A DNA stretch of 64,000 nt from Candidatus Bathyarchaeia archaeon. Its GTDB lineage: Archaea; Thermoproteota; Bathyarchaeia; 40CM-2-53-6; CALIRQ01. Position numbers and translations under genes: made by a program. How positions within the stretch are numbered: the first letter of the stretch is position 1; each line of letters begins with the position of its first letter. The stretch spans positions 20,442 to 84,441 of the forward strand of contig JAWBRV010000004.1 of NCBI GenBank assembly GCA_038843675.1, read 5' to 3'. Of this stretch, positions 56,383 to 64,000 are shown one piece after another. Below the pieces are notes generated by a model. That model was not told the DNA's origin. It did no database searches and saw only the letters and a program-made list of their open reading frames with translations.

Positions 56383-57483
56383 CTAGAACACGGTGGTTGG
56401 GCCCGAGATATCGGCATCTATCTCCTTGAAATGGCATACCACGGCCCCGTTCGATACGGCGACGCGGTCGTTGACTTGGACCATATCGCCCAAGACGCAC
56501 CCCGGCCCTACCCTGACGCCCTTTCCGATCCTACAACCCTCCCCTATGATCGATGCCTCGATGATGGATCCCTCCCCGACTTCGACCCCCTCGAACAATA
56601 TCGATTCCCTGACTTGGGCGTGCCTCGCCAAGATGGATCCCTCTCCTATCGAGGCGTAGGGGCCCACCCGCGCCCCTTCGCCGATCTTGGCCTCATCGCT
56701 CACGAAGGAGGGGGGCTCGATCGCGGCGTTCGGTGGGGGCGCGAGGGCGTGGAGGCGATATCTCTTGGGGTTGAGGAAGACCCTCTCTAAATAGACCTTG
56801 TTCGCCCTGATATAATCCTCGAATTTCCCTATGTCCAACCAAAGGCCCTCGTAGCGATACCCGAAGAGCCTTCCCTCCTCAGCCAGCTTGGGGAATATCT
56901 CGCGCTCCAAGCTGACCCTCCTCCCATCCGGTATCAGATCGAATACCTCCGGCTCGAGGATGTACATGCCCGCGTTTATCATCTTGCTCGGCTCCTGCCC
57001 GGGCTTGGGTTTCTCAACGAACCTCTTGATCCTCATCCCTTCCCCGAGCTCCACCGCCCCGAATCGGCTGGCGTCCTCGACCTCGTGGAGGGCTATGGTG
57101 GCCGCGGCCCTTTTTCCCATGTGGAACTCTAGCATATCGGCCACCGAGAGCTCGTTCATTATATCTCCGTTTAGGACTAGGAATGGGCCATGCCCCTCCA
57201 AGAGGCTCTTGGCGTATTTTATCGGCCCCGCCGTCCCCAAGGGATGGGGCTCCTTGGAATACTTGATCCTCATGTCCCCATGCCTAGACCCGAACCTAAG
57301 CTTTATTTTATCCTCCAAGTAATTGACCGCCAAAACGGCAGCCTCGATCCCTTGCGCCGATAGCCCATCGAGGAGCCATTCCAGCATCGGCTTCCCGGCG
57401 ACCGGGAATAGGGCCTTCGGCCTAGTGCAGCTCAGCGGCCTGAGCCTAGTGGCGTAGCCCCCGGCCAATATCAAAGCCCTCAA
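56383..57483 (-). CDS. Sugar-1-phosphate nucleotidyltransferase with C-terminal left-handed beta-helix
   Basis: ILAGGYATRLRPLS N-terminal motif and C-terminal hexapeptide repeats. Confidence 0.8.
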   Translation of the reverse strand: MRALILAGGYATRLRPLSCTRPKALFPVAGKPMLEWLLDGLSAQGIEAAVLAVNYLEDKIKLRFGSRHGDMRIKYSKEPHPLGTAGPIKYAKSLLEGHGPFLVLNGDIMNELSVADMLEFHMGKRAAATIALHEVEDASRFGAVELGEGMRIKRFVEKPKPGQEPSKMINAGMYILEPEVFDLIPDGRRVSLEREIFPKLAEEGRLFGYRYEGLWLDIGKFEDYIRANKVYLERVFLNPKRYRLHALAPPPNAAIEPPSFVSDEAKIGEGARVGPYASIGEGSILARHAQVRESILFEGVEVGEGSIIEASIIGEGCRIGKGVRVGPGCVLGDMVQVNDRVAVSNGAVVCHFKEIDADISGPTTVF

Positions 57484-57570
57484 GCCATTATCCCCAATGG
57501 TGCGCCCCTTAAGGACCTATTTGAGGGCGCCAAGGATTTTAAACCCTTTCACCATTCCTTCCTCGGGCCT

Positions 57571-58071
57571 TTGAAGGGCGTTTATACGCTGTTGATAGGG
57601 GTCCGAAGGAGGATCGATGTGGATGTTGGAAAGCTCGGCCGATTCGAGTTCGAGCCGGGCGAATATGCTTATACGGGATCCGCCATGGGGACCGGCGCGG
57701 CCTCGCTCGAGGGGAGGATCCGGAGGCACTTGGGCGATAGGGCGAGGAAGTTCTGGCATATAGACCACCTCTTGGGCTCTGGCGGGGCGAAGGTGATCGG
57801 CATAGTTTACGCGGAAACGGACTCCAAGGCTGAGTGCGCAGTGAACGGGGCCATAAGAAGATCTATGGGGGGATGGGCGCCCGTGCCCAAGTTCGGCTCT
57901 TCGGATTGTCTATGCGAGAGCCACCTGCTTAGGGTGGATGGGTTGGGGCCCGAGGACTTTGAGGAGGGCGTTAGGGGGGCCTATTCGCTATTGGGGCTTA
58001 GGCCTCTATGCCTCAAAGGGGCTCGGCTTCGCCCCACCTTTTTTCGAATGCATCGGAGAATATCCTTATGA
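57571..58071 (+). CDS. DUF123 / GIY-YIG-like domain protein
   Basis: YTLLIGV…GxYxYxGSA pattern. Confidence 0.5.
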   Translation: MKGVYTLLIGVRRRIDVDVGKLGRFEFEPGEYAYTGSAMGTGAASLEGRIRRHLGDRARKFWHIDHLLGSGGAKVIGIVYAETDSKAECAVNGAIRRSMGGWAPVPKFGSSDCLCESHLLRVDGLGPEDFEEGVRGAYSLLGLRPLCLKGARLRPTFFRMHRRISL

Positions 58072-58861
58072 GGCCCGCGTTCCTTGTATAATGGGGCCTG
58101 TAATATATGGGTCTCTCCACTTCCTTCTTGCTCGCCCATATTAGAAATACCAGCTCCGAATTATCGACGAGGGTCCCCCTTATGGGATATCCGGATTCCC
58201 TCAGGAGCCTGACCTCGGCCCCGAAGCTCTTCAGCTCATCGGCCCTCCTCTTGGACCCGTGATCAGAAGCTAGCATAAGGATCCTAACCCTGACCTTCCT
58301 CTCCAAGGCTTCGAGGAGCCCCTCCCTCACCTTATCGTACCAGCCGAAGGTTTCGGCGAAGATTAATATGCGCTCCTTGGAGCCCGCTATAATCCTCGTG
58401 GTTTGAAGCTCCATCTCCGTGAGGTTCTCAAGAGGGACCACTATCTCCTCCGCCCTGATCCCCATCCTGATCTCCCAGAAAAGGGGATCGAGCCTTTGAT
58501 GGAGCTCCCTAGCTCTTTTGCTATAATCGGCGAAGATCGCCTCGCACTCGGATCGCTTCCCCTCTATTAGCTTGGATATGAATTGACTGGGATTCTCGAT
58601 CTGGAGCCTATTGCTCATGATCCTCACGGCCCCCTTGTCCACGAGCCCCTTGATGGCCCCTTGAATGTTCTCCGAATGGGAGTTGAGGATCTTTTCCAAT
58701 GGTATCCCCTCAGGCCTCATGAAGGCGTTCATATAGAGCTCGGCCTCCGCCTCTGTGAGGCCCAAGGCCATGAGGAGGCCTATTTCCTCCCTGCTGTGGC
58801 CTTCGCTCGCCAATTCCATCCGCCGAGATGTTCCTCTTGGCCGATCGATTATAAAAGCCAT
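58013..58861 (-). CDS. TrmB-family transcriptional regulator
   Basis: N-terminal HTH (LGLTEAEAELYMNAF) plus C-terminal TrmB domain. Start may be internal (MELASEG); 3' end overlaps DUF123 by 59 nt. Confidence 0.55.
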   Translation of the reverse strand: MAFIIDRPRGTSRRMELASEGHSREEIGLLMALGLTEAEAELYMNAFMRPEGIPLEKILNSHSENIQGAIKGLVDKGAVRIMSNRLQIENPSQFISKLIEGKRSECEAIFADYSKRARELHQRLDPLFWEIRMGIRAEEIVVPLENLTEMELQTTRIIAGSKERILIFAETFGWYDKVREGLLEALERKVRVRILMLASDHGSKRRADELKSFGAEVRLLRESGYPIRGTLVDNSELVFLIWASKKEVERPIYYRPHYTRNAGLIRIFSDAFEKRWGEAEPL

Positions 58862-58954
58862 TTATGGATGGCTCGATCGCAGAGTTAAGATAGGACGGTG
58901 GAATCGGGGCTTATCCTTGCGGAGCTGCGGGGGGAATTGCGGGCGATTCGATGA

Positions 58955-59566
58955 TTATATCTCAATGCCAAGCTCCCTCAAATCCCTCTTCAGTTGCTCC
59001 AAGCCCTTGAACTGGATCGTCTTTATGCCGAAGGATTTCGCGATCTCCAAAAATTCTCGCTTATCATCGATGAACACGCATTCCTCGGGATCGCATCCAA
59101 TCCTCCCCAAGAGGGCCTCGTAGAACTCCTTTTCGTCCTTGTGGAATCCCACTTCGAAGGATAGCACGAAGTCGTCGAACTCTCCTCGTAGCCCATATTT
59201 CTCGTCCAAGTATTCGAACCTCTCCTTGATGTTACCGGAGAAGGCTATGACCCTATATCTCTTCCTCAGTTCTCGAACGAGCTCCCTCATGCCCTCTATG
59301 GGCTCGTAGGAGGAGTGCCAGATCCTCTTCAATTCTGGCACCAGCTTCGGATCTATGCCCAGCTTCTCAACGGCCCTCCTCCAAAACTCCTCCTCAGAGA
59401 GCTTCCCCTTTCCATAAAGCCACCCCTCCTTCCTCGGATACGCTTGGAAGACCTCGTCCACCTTCTCCCTCGGGGCATTCACGAGCCCATATATCCTTTG
59501 AACGGCTATGGCGGTCCCGGCCTTGAAGTAAACGCCTCCTAGATCGAAGACTATCGTCCTTATCAT
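58955..59566 (-). CDS. HAD-superfamily hydrolase (subfamily IA)
   Basis: N-terminal FDLGGV motif. Confidence 0.7.
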   Translation of the reverse strand: MIRTIVFDLGGVYFKAGTAIAVQRIYGLVNAPREKVDEVFQAYPRKEGWLYGKGKLSEEEFWRRAVEKLGIDPKLVPELKRIWHSSYEPIEGMRELVRELRKRYRVIAFSGNIKERFEYLDEKYGLRGEFDDFVLSFEVGFHKDEKEFYEALLGRIGCDPEECVFIDDKREFLEIAKSFGIKTIQFKGLEQLKRDLRELGIEI

Positions 59567-61182
59567 TCAACGCCACCTAAGGGTTCGCCCTCGCCTCTGG
59601 AGCCCGCTAAGGCCCCCTCCAACGCCTCCGCCACGTTCTCTTTGCCCATCGCTACCAAATACGGCCCCAGCCTAGGGCCGTATGGGACGCCCAAAAGGAT
59701 CCTATAGAGGATCTTGAAGAAATCCTTCGGGTCCAGCCCATTCCGCCTAGCGATATCGAATATGGCGCCTTGGATCTTTGCCTCATCCCGCTCGGACCTG
59801 ATGAGGGCTATGAGCTCGCCGATGGCCCTCCTCTCCCCATCGCCCAGCTCGATCCTTTCGGGCGATATTGCCCCAAAATCCCTCGCCCAATTGATCGCAT
59901 AATCTATCTTGGCCCCCAAGGCCGCGGCATCGATCCCGTAGCGCCTCAGCTTCTCCTCCACGAAGGCCCTCTCCGAGCCCCTCGGCGCCACCCTCGCCAA
60001 ATAAACCAGAAGGTTATAGGGGGCGCGCGGGGCTGGCCCGCTGGGCGGCTTGAGGAGCCAACAATATTCGTAAAGTCCCCTCAGCTTCGCCCCCTCCCTC
60101 TCATCGCCAACGCGCTTGAGGCCGAAGTAGATGCGGCTCAATTCATCCAATTCATCCATGTAGGCCGGTATGTCCAAGATCGAAACCTCCCTGGCCCCGA
60201 TCGAGCGCTTGTACATGAGCAATAGCAACGACTGAGGCGAGCCATACGTCAGCCAAACTTGGGGGGTGAGGACATTGCCAACGGACTTCGAGATCTTCCT
60301 CCCGCCCTTATCGAGGAACATCTCATACCTCACGTGATAGGGCGGCTCGTACCCCAAGACCTCCCTCGCGATTGCATCGTTGGCCCTGACCGAGTCGGCT
60401 ATGTCCTTCCCATACGCCTCGAAATGTATCCCCAAGGCCGCCCACCTAGCGGCGAACTCCACCTTCCAGCTCAGCTTCCCCTCCCCTCGCCTATAATCGG
60501 CCTCCCCCTCGTAGCCGCAACCCTCTACCCTCCTGCCGCCTATCTCGGCCCCCTCGCATCGATAGAGAACCTTTCCTTCGTCGGGGAGAAACCGATAGGC
60601 TTGAGTCGTATAGATCCGGCCGCATCGGCCGCAGATGGCGAAGAAGGGGAGGACCTCCTCATATTTCTCCTGCCCCAGCTCCCGCTTTATAATCTCGCCC
60701 GCCCTTTTGGCTTGGGCTAATATGGCCTCTATCTGCTGGGCCAAAAGGCCCGATCGATAGGCCTCCCGGGCCGAGTAATGCTTGTAGTCGAAGCCGCATC
60801 GATCCATCGCATCCAATAGGAGGGAAACCATGTGCTCCCCATAGCTCTCATGACAATTGAACGGATCCGGTATATATGTGACCGGCTTTCCTAAATGATC
60901 CCATAGCCATTCCGGGAAGCCCGCGGGCACCTTCCTGAGCCCGTCCATGTCGTCGGAGAAGGCTATATATTCGCATGGGACGCCCGCATCCTCTATGGCC
61001 AGCTTAACGGCGAAGGCCCGAGCGGAGTCGCTGAAGCTTCCTATGTGGGGGATCCCGGAAGCCCCGAGCCCGCTCTCGGTCCTCAGAGGGCCTCCCTTGA
61101 CCCTTCCGAGCTTCGCCTCCCTTTCTATCACGGCCCTCGCAACCTTATCGATCCAAGTCCCCCTGCCTATTAATTCGGGCAT
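59563..61182 (-). CDS. lysK: Lysine--tRNA ligase, class I
   Basis: HIGH-like PHIGS and KMSKS-like KISKSVGN; 539 aa. Confidence 0.85.
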   Translation of the reverse strand: MPELIGRGTWIDKVARAVIEREAKLGRVKGGPLRTESGLGASGIPHIGSFSDSARAFAVKLAIEDAGVPCEYIAFSDDMDGLRKVPAGFPEWLWDHLGKPVTYIPDPFNCHESYGEHMVSLLLDAMDRCGFDYKHYSAREAYRSGLLAQQIEAILAQAKRAGEIIKRELGQEKYEEVLPFFAICGRCGRIYTTQAYRFLPDEGKVLYRCEGAEIGGRRVEGCGYEGEADYRRGEGKLSWKVEFAARWAALGIHFEAYGKDIADSVRANDAIAREVLGYEPPYHVRYEMFLDKGGRKISKSVGNVLTPQVWLTYGSPQSLLLLMYKRSIGAREVSILDIPAYMDELDELSRIYFGLKRVGDEREGAKLRGLYEYCWLLKPPSGPAPRAPYNLLVYLARVAPRGSERAFVEEKLRRYGIDAAALGAKIDYAINWARDFGAISPERIELGDGERRAIGELIALIRSERDEAKIQGAIFDIARRNGLDPKDFFKILYRILLGVPYGPRLGPYLVAMGKENVAEALEGALAGSRGEGEPLGGVE

Positions 61183-61294
61183 TCAATCCACCGCGTTGGC
61201 GCGATCGCGCCCCTCGGGCCGAGCAAGTCGCTCCTTCTAATTCCTTATAAAGATCGCCCTAGTCGATCCCGGAACTCCAGCGGATCCACCCTCT

Positions 61295-61677
61295 CTATGA
61301 TCTCACCCTATCGAGTTCCTTATCCGCCGAAATGATCTCAGGGGCCGATGCGCTGAGCGCCGCCACCGCATGAATCTTCTCGTAGGGAGATATCCCATAC
61401 TCCTCAGAATATCTCGTAGCCTGTAATCCCAGATCCGCGCTCAGGTCGATCATTCTCAGCGGATAGGATAGAATCGCTGCCACATACTTTCCCACGTCCC
61501 TCACCCTGCATTGGGAGCATAGTACTCCTGCAACCTCGCTGAGGACTTGGGTCGAGATCGCGGCCTCCACCCCGCTCAGCTCTATGCCCTTTAGTATACC
61601 CTTTGCATCCTTCGCCGTAAATCGGGTGGGCGATGATCGCATATAGCCAAACGTTTGTATCGACGCATATCAATTGC
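61295..61677 (-). pseudogene. vapC: PIN-domain VapC toxin, apparently frameshifted
   Basis: N-terminal LICVDTNVWLYAIIAHP is in one frame and the PIN C-terminal region (…YEKIHAVAAL…IISADKEL) in another; the junction is near a cccaccc run. Confidence 0.5.
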
Positions 61678-61869
61678 CCTGCCGCCCGACTCCCTAAGCG
61701 ATCGCACCGCGGCGACGGCGTCGAGCTCGCCCTTGATGCTCCCATAAAGGGCATCAGTCTGGTTCTTCATTCTCCGGAGCGCGTAGATAATGAGCCTGTC
61801 CCCGTCCTTGGATATATGCGGCTCGTCCCCAGGCTTGATTCCGAGGGGCTCCCTCAGCTCCTTGGGCAA
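61591..61869 (-). CDS. vapB: AbrB/MazE-family antitoxin (VapB-like)
   Basis: MPKELREPLGIKPGDE swapped-hairpin motif. Confidence 0.65.
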   Translation of the reverse strand: MPKELREPLGIKPGDEPHISKDGDRLIIYALRRMKNQTDALYGSIKGELDAVAAVRSLRESGGRAIDMRRYKRLAICDHRPPDLRRRMQRVY

Positions 61870-61929
61870 AAATATTTGATATTTGGAACTTTTTCCCAGT
61901 TTTAACCGTTTGCATTGGTTTACTTTGTT

Positions 61930-62349
61930 TTACTTGTTTTCAACTTCCACCAAGCCCCTGTCGCCGTCCACAGCGACCCTATCGCCGCTTTTAATCGCCT
62001 CGATAGGGTTTACATCCAAACGATCCACCAGCGGTATCCCGGCCAAGGCGCAGCCCGTGGCTATTATGGGCTCCGTTTCGATGTTCACCATGGCCGCGGG
62101 CGCCTTCCCATAACGCTTGAGGCCGTATATTATGTAGGAGCCCACGGTGCTGCCCTTCCCCCTAGGAAAGATGAGAACCTTCCCGGCCACGGAGAGGCCC
62201 TTAAGCGGGTGGCCCCTCTCGATCACGAGGCCCGTCCTCGGGTCGACGCCCCCAAGGAATGATATGGGCTCGGGGCTCACGAGGGCCTCGCCCTCCCCAA
62301 AGCCCGGGACAGCCCCCCTGCCCCTTAGAACTCTCTTAAAGGGCGGCAT
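61930..62349 (-). CDS. Aconitase X swivel-domain protein (DUF126), candidate phosphomevalonate dehydratase small subunit
   Basis: 139 aa DUF126-like protein immediately downstream of a DUF521 gene. Confidence 0.6.
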   Translation of the reverse strand: MPPFKRVLRGRGAVPGFGEGEALVSPEPISFLGGVDPRTGLVIERGHPLKGLSVAGKVLIFPRGKGSTVGSYIIYGLKRYGKAPAAMVNIETEPIIATGCALAGIPLVDRLDVNPIEAIKSGDRVAVDGDRGLVEVENK

Positions 62350-63526
62350 GGATGCAATCCCTCAGGCTCCTAAGGGTGGCCTCGGCCCCGGATAGGGATG
62401 GCATGTAATGGGCGGCCTTGCAGGAGTTCGTATACGCGCCGTCTATGCCCATGGCCTCCAAGGGCGATACGACCATGCAGGTATCGCAGGCCACTAGGCC
62501 GCCGGCGCGCTCTATGGCCCCGACGTAGCCCCTCCTCGAGGCCTTGGCCCTGACGGCTCTCGAAGTGAAGCATATGAGGCGCTTCCTCAGCCTCCTGCCT
62601 CGGACCGCCTCCGCTATCGTCCTCAGCTCCGCCAAGCTCAGATGCGGGCACCCGAGCAGGATCCAATCGAAATCCCGGCTGGAGGAGATCGAATCCCTGA
62701 TGGCATCGAGCTCCCCCTCCTCTATCTCCAACGCCTCCAAACCCATCCCATCGAACCGCCTCCTCTTGGCCTCTGGGGTCACGCCATCCACGTGGAACAG
62801 CGCTATCCCGCCTGAAGCGGCCGCGCTAGCGCCCATGTATTTGAGATCATCCAAGCTTGGTTCCCCCAATCCGGAGAGGAGCGGAATCCCGCTCCCGAGC
62901 GATTTTCCCAAAAGATAGCCCAACAGGTTATATTGGAGGTCGTTGGAGGGCCTGAAGCGCACCTTCACCAAATGCGTTGGCTCGCGCTCTGATTCCAAAT
63001 GCAGCCCGTAGAGGGGGGTCCTCCCCACCACGGCGCTCGCCAGCGCCGCCGGCCCCCCCTCCCTGTTCGTCCTCGCCCCGAGCACGGAGTTCGCAAAGGC
63101 GACCGCCGAAGATTCCGCCCAAGCCAAGCTTTGGCCGAACCTAGGCTTGTTCGAAGCGTAATAGGGAGTGCAGGTCCAAGTTAGCTCCACGCCCATCCGC
63201 GCGAACGCCCGGGCTATTCTGAGCTGCTTCTCCGCGAACTCAGATGGTATGCCCATCTTTCTCCACCTCCTAAGGTCCATTCCGCATGGATTCAGGGTCG
63301 CCTTGATCGAGGCTTTGGCCCCGGCCTCGGCGAAATCCTCCAAGAACTCGAGGCCCGCATCCCCTATGGTCCTATAGGATACGCCGGATATTTGGGCGCT
63401 GCGAACCCTTATCATCCTCTCAGCCCCAAAGATCTTCCCCAGAGCTACCAAGAGCCTCATGGCCCTCTGGCGCGCTTCCCCCTCCTCGCCCGCTAGGATC
63501 CTCTCCTCCTCCCCAGTCAGCTCCAT
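62336..63526 (-). CDS. Aconitase X catalytic-domain protein (DUF521), candidate phosphomevalonate dehydratase large subunit
   Basis: 396 aa with conserved Cys (CDTCM…) typical of AcnX; 14-nt overlap with the small subunit. Confidence 0.6.
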   Translation of the reverse strand: MELTGEEERILAGEEGEARQRAMRLLVALGKIFGAERMIRVRSAQISGVSYRTIGDAGLEFLEDFAEAGAKASIKATLNPCGMDLRRWRKMGIPSEFAEKQLRIARAFARMGVELTWTCTPYYASNKPRFGQSLAWAESSAVAFANSVLGARTNREGGPAALASAVVGRTPLYGLHLESEREPTHLVKVRFRPSNDLQYNLLGYLLGKSLGSGIPLLSGLGEPSLDDLKYMGASAAASGGIALFHVDGVTPEAKRRRFDGMGLEALEIEEGELDAIRDSISSSRDFDWILLGCPHLSLAELRTIAEAVRGRRLRKRLICFTSRAVRAKASRRGYVGAIERAGGLVACDTCMVVSPLEAMGIDGAYTNSCKAAHYMPSLSGAEATLRSLRDCIHAAL

Positions 63527-63547
63527 CGCGCTTCACCGCCTCAATCC

Positions 63548-64000
63548 TCACCCTTCCGGCTCCGCCCTGAGGAATTTATCCTTGGGCTTTGATAGGGGCC
63601 TAGTGGCATCGAAGCCGAGCTTGGTGGTGGTGAGGCCCTCCTGATCAGCCGATGGATCGAGGCTTGAGCCCCTAGCCCCCCTTATGATCACCAAGTCCTT
63701 ATCCCCTTGGAACCTAGTTGCGATGGCCCATTCCACCGCGGTTGGGTCCGATATGTCTATATCGGAATCAACGACAACTGCGTGTTTTAGGGATGGATGG
63801 GCCGCGAAGGCAGCTAGGAGGGCGTTCTTACCATCCCCCTCCGCCTGTTTCTCTATTGATATCACGGCGTGTAGCCAGCCGCAACCGCCCTTCGTCAGCC
63901 TAACATCCTTAACAGTTGGGACGGTTGATGCGACCCATTCGCGTATCTTGGCCTCGTATGGCAAGCCCATGAGGATCGCGTGCTCCGGGCCACCGGGAAG
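63548..64000 (-). CDS. UbiD-family decarboxylase, C-terminal part (gene continues past the window end)
   Basis: UbiD-like C-terminal domain (…FDATRP…). Confidence 0.55.
   Translation of the reverse strand, partial: LPGGPEHAILMGLPYEAKIREWVASTVPTVKDVRLTKGGCGWLHAVISIEKQAEGDGKNALLAAFAAHPSLKHAVVVDSDIDISDPTAVEWAIATRFQGDKDLVIIRGARGSSLDPSADQEGLTTTKLGFDATRPLSKPKDKFLRAEPEG

Noticed and set aside
1-64000. CRISPR arrays, rRNA genes, transposases and integrases
   Set aside because: No evenly spaced direct repeats, no rRNA-like conserved stretches and no transposase or integrase motifs were seen on reading both strands. The only candidate horizontally acquired segment is the lower-GC island at 38.4-41.3 kb, which has no flanking repeats or integrase.

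Overview
This is a high-GC (~60%) archaeal chromosomal segment. Archaeal hallmarks are aEF-2, prefoldin beta, class I LysRS, type III Rubisco, intron-containing tRNAs, AcnX-type mevalonate-pathway genes and TATA-box promoters. TGA is a normal stop, and several genes start at TTG or GTG. Most of the window is dense housekeeping and metabolic genes. The most interesting locus, at about 25.1–34.4 kb, is a candidate protein-thiocarboxylate (sulfur-carrier) dependent cysteine and homocysteine biosynthesis system. Six co-directional genes encode a ThrC-like enzyme, a MoaD/ThiS-like GG protein, an E1-like activating enzyme, a CysM-like enzyme, a second E1-like enzyme and a ParB/Srx-fold protein resembling ADP-dependent serine kinase. 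They are flanked by SufS, SufU and IscS, preceded by a repeated about 40-nt cis element, and lie 8 kb upstream of a JAMM peptidase. Both E1 paralogues carry a shared, unrecognised C-terminal domain of about 90 aa. Other notable items are an in-frame TGA inside a GGGCCC-TGA-GGGCCC palindrome in the N-terminal region of EF-2. There is a translationally coupled PRTase–LOG/SLOG–sirtuin operon. There is a type III Rubisco–FGGY kinase operon. There is a lower-GC island of DUF438/hemerythrin/PAS paralogues within an arsenic and copper resistance neighbourhood (ArsC, CopB, ACR3, ArsM plus Trm112). There is a tRNA-Gln with several introns. There are frameshift-like disruptions in vapC and possibly at the serK-like 5' end. 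No CRISPR array, rRNA or obvious transposase was seen. All calls are from reading the sequence and ORF translations; no searches were run.
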